DNA from: Acutalibacteraceae bacterium
Lineage (GTDB): Bacteria; Bacillota; Clostridia; Oscillospirales; Acutalibacteraceae
Assembly (NCBI GenBank): GCA_045599905.1
Contig: JAZRWX010000228.1
Span: 1 to 30,701 of the forward strand
Reading direction: 5' to 3'
DNA length: 30,701 nucleotides
Of this stretch, positions 9,202-16,472 are shown piece after piece; the stretch's first letter is position 1, and each line of letters begins with the position of its first letter. Both the position numbers and the translations under genes were made by a program. A model generated the notes under the pieces. It was not told the DNA's origin. It did not search any database and was given only the letters and a program-made list of their open reading frames with translations.

Positions 9202-9939
9202 GTGATTTTGGAGTGGAACTGGAAATATATACTGAAAAGATCCGGGATAGTTATACTGGCGGTGACGGTGTTCTGGGTATCAACGCTGTTCGGCGATGAA
9301 CGGCCGAAACCCGTCGTATCGACTGCCGTTCTCGAATCATCACCGACGATCATTATTGATCCCGGTCACGGCGGATTTGACGGTGGTGCCGTTTCCGAAG
9401 ACGGTACTCTGGAAAAGGACATCAATCTCGATATTGCATTTTTTGTTGAGAAACTACTGAAATTTTACGGTTATCGCGTTACTATGACACGAAACGAAGA
9501 TACGGGTACAGAAAGTGTGACCGGTACGATTTCCGGCAGAAAGAAAAGTGACCTTGAAAACCGTTTATTGTTGATGAGTCAAAATCCGGACTCCGTTTAT
9601 GTTAGTATACACTTAAATAAGTATACGACCTCTGCCGCGGCGGGTGCCCAGATCTTTTATACACCGAATATCGAATCCGCTCCGGTATTGGCGGATTGTA
9701 TCCAAGCGACGATCCGCCGGCAATTACAGCCGGAAAACAACCGTAAAGTCAAGTCAGGCGGAAAAAGCGCGTATCTGCTTATGAAAGCGACTGTTCCGGC
9801 GGTGATCGTTGAATGCGGTTTTTTAAGCAATCACCGTGAACTTGAATTGTTAAAAGATCGAAACTATCAGGCGAAGATGGCTTTTTCCATTGTCTCCGGA
9901 ATTCTTGATTTTTCTTCAAAGAATTCCGGCAATACTTGA
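9202..9939 (+). CDS. cwlD: N-acetylmuramoyl-L-alanine amidase, CwlD-like (germination-type Amidase_3)
   Basis: N-terminal TM helix. IIIDPGHGGFDGGA, EKDINL, RKKSDLENR, SIHLN, GAQIFY and VECGFLSN match the CwlD pattern. Start is uncertain: GTG 9202 follows GGGGG, and ATG 9172 or 9181 are alternatives. Confidence 0.75.
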   Translation: MILEWNWKYILKRSGIVILAVTVFWVSTLFGDERPKPVVSTAVLESSPTIIIDPGHGGFDGGAVSEDGTLEKDINLDIAFFVEKLLKFYGYRVTMTRNEDTGTESVTGTISGRKKSDLENRLLLMSQNPDSVYVSIHLNKYTTSAAAGAQIFYTPNIESAPVLADCIQATIRRQLQPENNRKVKSGGKSAYLLMKATVPAVIVECGFLSNHRELELLKDRNYQAKMAFSIVSGILDFSSKNSGNT

Positions 9940-9963
9940 AATTCAACGCTGTTATGATATAAT
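9936..9963 (+). promoter_or_regulatory. sigmaA promoter for radA, overlapping the amidase stop
   Basis: TTGAAA (9936-9941), 16-bp spacer, TGnTATAAT (-10 at 9958-9963). Confidence 0.7.
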
Positions 9964-9997
9964 AAATTTGTTAAAATACGTATGGGATGTGCTGAAA

Positions 9998-11362
9998 ATG
10001 GCAGGAAAAACAAAAACGGTGTATGTTTGCAGTGAATGCGGCTATGAAAGCATGAAATGGACAGGGCAGTGTGCCGGATGCGGGGCATGGAATACCATGA
10101 ATGAAGAACTGTCCGTTCCGTCGAAAGCGGCTGTCAGTGCCACACGCAACGTTCGCTCGGCAACGGCAAAACCGTTAGGGGAGATCGCCGTTGACGATGA
10201 ATGCCGTTTTGGGACCGGTATTCGTGAATTGGATCGTGTTTTAGGCGGCGGAATCGTTAAAGGGTCGGTCGTGCTGCTGTCGGGTGACCCCGGCATCGGA
10301 AAATCGACCATTCTGCTGCAGATCTGCCGATCTCTGCAAAATCAACTAAATATTCTGTATGTGTCGGGCGAGGAATCCGCGGTACAAATCAAATTGCGTG
10401 CCAACCGAATCGGTGTCAGCGGTGACTCCATTACCGTCATGTCCGAAACCGACACGCAGGCGATCTGTGAATATATCCGCATCACAAAACCGGAACTGGT
10501 CATGATCGACTCGATCCAGACCATGCAAATCGGTGAATTATCTTCGTCGGCCGGTAGTATCGTTCAGGTACGGGAAAGTACGAATCTGCTGCTGCACACC
10601 GCAAAAGAACTGGAAATACCGACTTTTATCGTCGGTCACGTCAATAAAGGCGGTGATATTGCCGGGCCTAAGGTAATGGAACATATTGTAGACACGGTAC
10701 TGTATTTTGAAGGAGAACGCAATCAATCCTACCGAATTTTGCGCTCTATTAAAAATCGCTTTGGCTCGACCAATGAAATCGGCGTGTTTGAAATGAGCGA
10801 GCACGGTCTGAACGAGGTTGAAAATCCATCCGCCATGCTGCTGTCCGGTCGGATCAGTAATGTTTCCGGCGGCTGTATTACCTGCGTGATTGAAGGAACC
10901 AGGCCAATCCTGTCCGAAGTGCAGGGCCTGGTGACCACGACCGGATTCGGGAATCCGCGCCGGATGTCAACCGGATTTGATTACAATCGGCTGAATCTTT
11001 TGCTGGCGGTTTTAGAAAAGCGCATCGGGCTATATTTTTCCAATCTTGACACCTATCTGAATATTGTCGGCGGAATGCGTCTGGACGAGCCGGCGGCCGA
11101 TCTTGCCGTGTGTATGTCTTTGGTTTCCGGTTTGCGTGATATTCCGATCGACGAGCATTGGATCGCGTTCGGCGAAGTTGGACTTTCCGGCGAGATCCGA
11201 AGTGTTCCGCGTGTGCAGGCACGTATCAATGAAGCAGAACGGTTGGGATTCACGACCTGCATTTTGCCGAAGAGTTGTCTTCGTCAGTTAAATGATAAAA
11301 ACATAAATATTCAGTTGATCGGCGTCCGCAACCTGCGTGAAGCCATTGATTTGATTAAATGA
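9998..11362 (+). CDS. radA: DNA repair protein RadA/Sms
   Basis: Zn finger CSECG...CAGCGAWN, Walker A GDPGIGKST, KNRFG, Lon-like C-terminus GEVGLSGEIR. ATG at 9998. Confidence 0.96.
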   Translation: MAGKTKTVYVCSECGYESMKWTGQCAGCGAWNTMNEELSVPSKAAVSATRNVRSATAKPLGEIAVDDECRFGTGIRELDRVLGGGIVKGSVVLLSGDPGIGKSTILLQICRSLQNQLNILYVSGEESAVQIKLRANRIGVSGDSITVMSETDTQAICEYIRITKPELVMIDSIQTMQIGELSSSAGSIVQVRESTNLLLHTAKELEIPTFIVGHVNKGGDIAGPKVMEHIVDTVLYFEGERNQSYRILRSIKNRFGSTNEIGVFEMSEHGLNEVENPSAMLLSGRISNVSGGCITCVIEGTRPILSEVQGLVTTTGFGNPRRMSTGFDYNRLNLLLAVLEKRIGLYFSNLDTYLNIVGGMRLDEPAADLAVCMSLVSGLRDIPIDEHWIAFGEVGLSGEIRSVPRVQARINEAERLGFTTCILPKSCLRQLNDKNINIQLIGVRNLREAIDLIK

Positions 11363-11397
11363 AAAAAGCGATTGCGGTATTTCGCAATCGCTTTTTT
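11362..11397. terminator. Bidirectional terminator between radA and the P-type ATPase
   Basis: AAAAAAGCGATTGCG-GTATTT-CGCAATCGCTTTTTT. Confidence 0.88.
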
Positions 11398-11400
11398 CAT

Positions 11401-14010
11401 TTAATATTTTCTGATTTTCTTTATAATCAGTTTCAGTATTTCGCTGAAAGGGATAATCGCAAAACTGAGACCGAGGCAGATCAAAAACTTGTTGAACGGG
11501 ATCAGTGTCAGTTGGAAGAAAGCGCCAAACGGTGTAAATATCAAAAATAATACAATAAACAGCGCAACGCCGACCGAAATATTCATATTACGGTTGGTGG
11601 TAAATAATTGTTTCGGATGCGCGAATATCGATTTGGACGTTTTCAAGTCATACACGTGCAGTATTTGCGAAAGTCCCAAAACGGTAAACGCCATTGTCCA
11701 GGAAATGGAAGAGCTGCCTTTGCCAAGTGTATAGGCAATTATGGACATGACAGCGATAAATAATGACTGTAAAGCGCCGGAAACGCAGGAATAGCGGTCG
11801 AATATGTGACCGGACAGTGCCAACGGTTTGCGGTGCATAACGTGTGCTTCGGCTTTCTCAAATCCGAATGCAAAGAACGGTGCGCAGTCGATCAGCAGAT
11901 TCAGCCACAATAACTGGACGGCAGGCATCGGATAGGTGTGATTTAGAATCATACTGAACAAATAGGTCAGCAAAACGGCAAAATTACAACTCAACAAATA
12001 GAAGACCGATTTACGGATGTTTTCAAACAGACCGCGGCTTTCTTTAATAGCGTCAACGATGGACGAAAAACTGTTGTTGGTAATAATTATATCGGCGGAT
12101 CCCTGCGCAACGTCATTTCCGTACTGACCAACGGCGCAACCGATATCGGCTGTTGACAGCGCCTCAAAATCCGAAGCACTGTCACCGGTAGCCGTGACAA
12201 GTTCGCGCCGTTTTTTCCACGCTTTGATAATCCGCACCTTATCGACCGGGTTGATGCGTGCATAGACTGTATATTTTTCCAAATCGGCTTCCAGCTCTTC
12301 ATCGCTCATATCATTCAGTTGAACACCTGTAAGCATCTCCGTTCCGTCTTTCAGAATTCCGATCCGACGTGCTACGGCACGCGCGGTAGACGGATTATCG
12401 CCCGTCATCATGATTAGGCGGATTCCGGCGCTTTCACAGACTTTTATGCTTTCGATCGCACTGTTGCGCGGGGGATCGGAAAGGCCCAATAATCCGACAA
12501 AAATCATGTCCTTTTCCACTTCGTCAGCTGTCGGTGAAGCCGGAATTTCGTCCAGCGGTCGCATGGCGATGCAGAGAATACGCTGACCGCTTTCCGCCAA
12601 AAGATCGTTCTGTTTCAGAATTGCTGCATGATCACAGTCAGCACATTTCGGCACCAAAATTTCCGGCGCACCTTTTGAAATGGCGAACGGTTTGCCGTTC
12701 AAAAGATTGATGGTGGTCATCGTTTTGCGCTCGGCATCAAACGGAATGGTATTGATCCTGGGGAAAAGACCTTCAATATCGACTTGTGACATAAAATTGT
12801 ACTGAATGCAAGATTGGGTGATAGCGGTTTCGGTCGCGTCGGATTCCAGCGTTGAACAAGCGGTCGCCAATTTTAGAATCAGACCATCTTTTTCGTTAAG
12901 CACCGTATGTTCGTCCATTTCCGTCAGTTTTTCACCGTCGTAAATGGTGGAAAGCGTCATGCTGTTATGCGTCAGAATGCCGGTTTTATCAACACAAATA
13001 ACGGTCGTACGTCCCAGTAATTCAGCGGCGCTTGCTTTTTTGATCATAATGTTGTCGCGCAGGATCCGTTCGATGCCCAAAGCGATCATTACGGATGATA
13101 TCACCGGAATGCCGACAGGAACAGCCGTTACGGCCAGCGCGAATACATCTGTCAGCGTATGAATGGTCATAGTGGCGAACGATTCGTCAAAATGGAACCA
13201 GATCCCAAGGGCGAAATATACAATGCAGAAGACGGCGATCAATATATTGATAAACTTATAACCGTCATTCAGCAACTTTTGTACCGGAAGCATTTCACTG
13301 CCGGATTGCTGTGTTAATATCGCTGTGTGTCCGAGTTCTGTATTCAGGCCGGTCGCTACTACAACTGCTTTGGCGCTGCCCTGGATCACGCTGGAACCGG
13401 CAAATACCATATTGACACGCTCTTCCAACGAAGCAATATCTTCACAAATTGTAATTGCGTTTTTTTCGATCGGTACGCTTTCTTCGGTAAGTGTCGTTTC
13501 GTTGCAACGCAATTCCGAAGTTTCCAACAAACGAGCGTCCGCTGTGACGTAATCGCCTGCATTCAGAAGAATGATATCACCGGGGACCAGATTGGCGGCA
13601 GGAACCGTCTGCGTTATACCATCACGGATTACCGTAGCTTCCGGTTTGGTGATGGCGTGCAGATGATTCATGATTTTTTCACTGTTATAACGGTGAACCG
13701 CTTCGATAACGGCACCGACGATCATCATGCCGATGATCACAAGCGGGGTATAGTAGGCGCTTTTATCAGTGTCTTTATAAACGTATGTAACGATCAAAGA
13801 TAAAATAGCCATTACATAAAGCAATATGGAAAGTTTATTGAAAAGCAAAGATAATAAATGCTTTTTGAGAGAAGGTTTATCTAAATTGGTTATAACGTTT
13901 TTCCCGTAACGGCTCAAACGTTCATCAGCGACACCGTTGGAAAGACCGTTTTCCGGGTTGACGTCAAGTTCCTTCAAAACATCAGAAGATTCAGCACTGT
14001 GCCAGATCAT
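11401..14010 (-). CDS. P2A-like cation-transporting P-type ATPase homolog with degenerate motifs
   Basis: 869 aa with P2 architecture: GLS...RL..YG.N, LVPGD, DKTG, PFD.ERK, KGAPE, DPPR, TGD, about 10 TM segments. TGES, PEGL, DKTGT and GDGVND are all altered (see findings). Confidence 0.85.
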   Translation of the reverse strand: MIWHSAESSDVLKELDVNPENGLSNGVADERLSRYGKNVITNLDKPSLKKHLLSLLFNKLSILLYVMAILSLIVTYVYKDTDKSAYYTPLVIIGMMIVGAVIEAVHRYNSEKIMNHLHAITKPEATVIRDGITQTVPAANLVPGDIILLNAGDYVTADARLLETSELRCNETTLTEESVPIEKNAITICEDIASLEERVNMVFAGSSVIQGSAKAVVVATGLNTELGHTAILTQQSGSEMLPVQKLLNDGYKFINILIAVFCIVYFALGIWFHFDESFATMTIHTLTDVFALAVTAVPVGIPVISSVMIALGIERILRDNIMIKKASAAELLGRTTVICVDKTGILTHNSMTLSTIYDGEKLTEMDEHTVLNEKDGLILKLATACSTLESDATETAITQSCIQYNFMSQVDIEGLFPRINTIPFDAERKTMTTINLLNGKPFAISKGAPEILVPKCADCDHAAILKQNDLLAESGQRILCIAMRPLDEIPASPTADEVEKDMIFVGLLGLSDPPRNSAIESIKVCESAGIRLIMMTGDNPSTARAVARRIGILKDGTEMLTGVQLNDMSDEELEADLEKYTVYARINPVDKVRIIKAWKKRRELVTATGDSASDFEALSTADIGCAVGQYGNDVAQGSADIIITNNSFSSIVDAIKESRGLFENIRKSVFYLLSCNFAVLLTYLFSMILNHTYPMPAVQLLWLNLLIDCAPFFAFGFEKAEAHVMHRKPLALSGHIFDRYSCVSGALQSLFIAVMSIIAYTLGKGSSSISWTMAFTVLGLSQILHVYDLKTSKSIFAHPKQLFTTNRNMNISVGVALFIVLFLIFTPFGAFFQLTLIPFNKFLICLGLSFAIIPFSEILKLIIKKIRKY

Positions 14011-14014
14011 ATCA

Positions 14015-15019
14015 TTACTCCTTTGAATCGTTTTTCTTTTCGGTCGATTTTACGGATGCCAGCGGGTTTGAATCGATGGCCCGACGGGACTGCTCGTCCG
14101 AAACGTGGGTATAAATTTGTGTCGTGCCTAAATTGGCGTGACCGAGTATTTCTTTCAGTACGCGGATATCAACATTCCCGTGTTGATACATCAGCGTTGC
14201 AGCCGTATGGCGCAGTTTATGTGTTGACAATCCCTGACCGCCTAAACCGGCTTTTTCAAGATTTGTCATGACGATATGCTGAACGGTTTTATTACTTAAC
14301 CGGCGGTGATTACGACTGATAAACATGGCGTTGCGGTCTTCGGCACGAACAGCATCATTCGGTCGAACCGTCAAATAATCATGTATTGCGCTGACACAAG
14401 CGTCATTCAGGTAGACTATTCGTTCTTTATTACCTTTACCCAAAACCCGCATACTGCCGTCCGCATGAATATCCGTTACGTTTAATCCGCAGAGTTCCGA
14501 AAGTCGAAGTCCGCAATTCAAAAACAAGGTCAGGATGCAATAATCACGTTCTTTGTTTGGACCGTCAACCGATTGCAGTAAATTAATTGATTCTTCCAAA
14601 GAAAGATGGCGCGGCAAACTTTGTTTCAGTTTCGGTGAATCCAGCAATTCCGCAGGATTATTTTCAATCAGATGTGTCTGTGCGGAAAGATATCGGAAAA
14701 ATATCCGCAGGGTAGAGGACTTGCGTGCGCGCGTGGTGGCGTTGTTGTCACGCTCATTTTTGCAGTATACGATGAACGCATACAAATCGGAAATAGTGAC
14801 CGAACGGACCAGTTCCAAATCAACCGAATCGATTGAAATCTTTTCAAAAGGGGTATTTGGCTCGGTTTTTCCGCGAATCATCAGCAGATAACGAAAAAAA
14901 GTCTGTAAATCAAAATAATATTCTTCAACAGAGCGTGACGATTTACCTTTGATTGTTTCGCTGTATGTCAAAAAGTCACGAATCACCGGCGGTGCTGTCA
15001 TTAATATTTCATGTTTCAT
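14015..15019 (-). CDS. xerC: Chromosomal-type tyrosine recombinase (clostridial XerC-like, with XerS-like features)
   Basis: Complete catalytic set: GLRLSEL (R), GKGNKER (K), HKLRH, LGH, TTQIYTH (Y). GAGG RBS. No mobile-element cargo is adjacent. Confidence 0.8.
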   Translation of the reverse strand: MKHEILMTAPPVIRDFLTYSETIKGKSSRSVEEYYFDLQTFFRYLLMIRGKTEPNTPFEKISIDSVDLELVRSVTISDLYAFIVYCKNERDNNATTRARKSSTLRIFFRYLSAQTHLIENNPAELLDSPKLKQSLPRHLSLEESINLLQSVDGPNKERDYCILTLFLNCGLRLSELCGLNVTDIHADGSMRVLGKGNKERIVYLNDACVSAIHDYLTVRPNDAVRAEDRNAMFISRNHRRLSNKTVQHIVMTNLEKAGLGGQGLSTHKLRHTAATLMYQHGNVDIRVLKEILGHANLGTTQIYTHVSDEQSRRAIDSNPLASVKSTEKKNDSKE

Positions 15020-15047
15020 GAGTATACCTCATAGATATATTTATTAT

Positions 15048-15076
15048 ACTATAACACTTTTTCATATAATTTTCAA
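15048..15076 (-). promoter_or_regulatory. sigmaA promoter for the xer gene
   Basis: On the minus strand: TTGAAA, 17-bp spacer, TGnTATAGT. Confidence 0.6.
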
Positions 15077-15084
15077 TCTTAATA

Positions 15085-15113
15085 TTGTGTTTTCGGCTAT
15101 AAAATTATATAAT
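15085..15113 (+). promoter_or_regulatory. sigmaA promoter for the DedA/TVP38 gene, back-to-back with the xer promoter
   Basis: TTGTGT, 17-bp spacer, TATAAT. Confidence 0.55.
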
Positions 15114-15141
15114 TAAATTATCGAGATAGGGAAGTGAAACT

Positions 15142-15840
15142 TTGAAAGATATTCAATTACCGACTAAAAAACTGCTTTCGGCTTTGGCAGTGGTCATACT
15201 GTTGTTGTTTTGGTGTTTGATTGGGTATTATATCGGTAAACCGATGATCCGATTTGCCGAACAGCCGGAACGGTTTCGGTCGTGGGTCGAAAACGGCGGC
15301 ATAGCCAGCCGACTTGTTTTTGTCGGTATGGTCATCATTCAGGTGATCGTTGCCATAATTCCGGGTGAACCGCTTGAACTTGGTGCCGGATACGCATTCG
15401 GCGCAATTGAAGGCGCTATTTTGTGTCTGATCGGATGTTTTCTCGGCGGAATCATCGTATTTGCGCTGGTACGCAGCGTTGGTGTTACTTTGGTAGAAGT
15501 ATTCTTTCCGATCGAAAAAATCCGTTCATTGCATTTCTTGAAAAACCAAAGGAAAGTTAACGTTTTAACTTATCTGATATTTATCTTACCGGGAACGCCA
15601 AAAGATCTTTTGTCATATTTTGTGGGACTGACGGATATGCGATGGGGAACATGGCTGATCATTACCGGTATTGCGCGTATTCCTTCAATCATCACTTCGA
15701 CCTATTGCGGCTCTGCCGCCGGTGCCAAAAATTATGTTGTCGCAATCGTCGCGCTGATCGTGACTGCGTGTATTAGTCTGATCGGTTGGCTGATTTATCA
15801 ATATATCTGTAAAAAACATGAAAATAATGATACTGAATAA
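15142..15840 (+). CDS. TVP38/TMEM64 (DedA superfamily, VTT domain) membrane protein
   Basis: TTG start after AGGGAAG. Motifs QVIVAIIPGEPLELGAGYAFG and LPGTPKDLLSYFVGLT, multiple hydrophobic segments. Confidence 0.88.
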   Translation: MKDIQLPTKKLLSALAVVILLLFWCLIGYYIGKPMIRFAEQPERFRSWVENGGIASRLVFVGMVIIQVIVAIIPGEPLELGAGYAFGAIEGAILCLIGCFLGGIIVFALVRSVGVTLVEVFFPIEKIRSLHFLKNQRKVNVLTYLIFILPGTPKDLLSYFVGLTDMRWGTWLIITGIARIPSIITSTYCGSAAGAKNYVVAIVALIVTACISLIGWLIYQYICKKHENNDTE

Positions 15841-15902
15841 TCCGATGCGATACAAAATAGGAATCATTGGTTACAGGGAATTGGTCTTATTAAACGATAA
15901 CC

Positions 15903-15932
15903 AATTATACAAAATCAATGTTTTGTATAATT
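15903..15932. repeat. Perfect 12-6-12 inverted repeat, candidate recombinase (dif-like) or operator site
   Basis: AATTATACAAAA-TCAATG-TTTTGTATAATT. The repeat is seen directly; the function is inferred. Confidence 0.6.
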
Positions 15933-16211
15933 AAGGGGAGTGGAAAAGCCACTTTTTCAGGTCGTTTTGCTATTTTCGGTGGAACATTGTATTTTGCGCT
16001 AAATATTAATATATTTAATGTGCTTTAATTTAGTGCGCAAGACAAATATAAATCCGGAACTTCTTTCTGCAATACATTATCGTATGATCTTCATTCACTT
16101 CGGATAATGTATCATTATTCTTTATTAAATCAGTCACAAATAAATTTTTTTAATAAAATTTGTCGTTTTACTTGCACTTTTCACCGTTTTGGCGATTTTC
16201 CGAAAAAAGTC

Positions 16212-16267
16212 ATCCTCTCAGTTTTTTTCTGACATATACTGCATCGTCGGAAAAAATCTGAGAGGAT
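16212..16267. other. Long imperfect stem-loop of about 21 bp, terminator or structured RNA candidate
   Basis: ATCCTCTCAG...CTGAGAGGAT outer stem with inner TTTTTTCTGAC/GTCGGAAAAAA. T-rich tracts follow on both strands. Confidence 0.55.
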
Positions 16268-16472
16268 TTTATATTTTTGTAAAAATGTAAAGTTAGCGTC
16301 AAAAGTTTCAAAATCGTGATATACATTGTATTTTTGCATATACGTCCGCTAATACCCGTATTATGATATTATGATCTTCCCGTTCTTACCCAAGGTAGAT
16401 TGCTATACATTATTTAATTCATAGTCATTATTTAAAATCTTAAAATCTCACTTTGTTATATTTTTAACAAAA

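Noticed and set aside
11359-11734. Short ORFs 11359-11550 and 11489-11734 on the + strand
   Set aside because: They start inside the radA terminator or lie antisense to the ATPase, without an RBS or recognisable motifs.
14015-15019. Tyrosine recombinase as a phage or ICE integrase
   Set aside because: No long arm-binding N-terminal domain, excisionase, att repeats or mobile cargo; neighbours are housekeeping genes.
15932-16002. 20-codon ORF (GTG at 15940, VEKPLFQ...) after AAGGGGA
   Set aside because: No spacing between the SD-like sequence and the GTG. The start overlaps a small AGTGG/CCACT hairpin with a T tract that is more likely a weak terminator of the DedA gene.
16194-16235. TTTCCGAAAAA resembling the left arm of streptococcal difSL
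   Set aside because: The following spacer and right arm do not fit the 6-bp geometry; the T run belongs to the 16212-16267 hairpin.
15841-16472. oriC or CRISPR array in the long intergenic gap
   Set aside because: No clustered TTATCCACA DnaA boxes and no regularly spaced repeats; genes converge on the gap rather than diverge.
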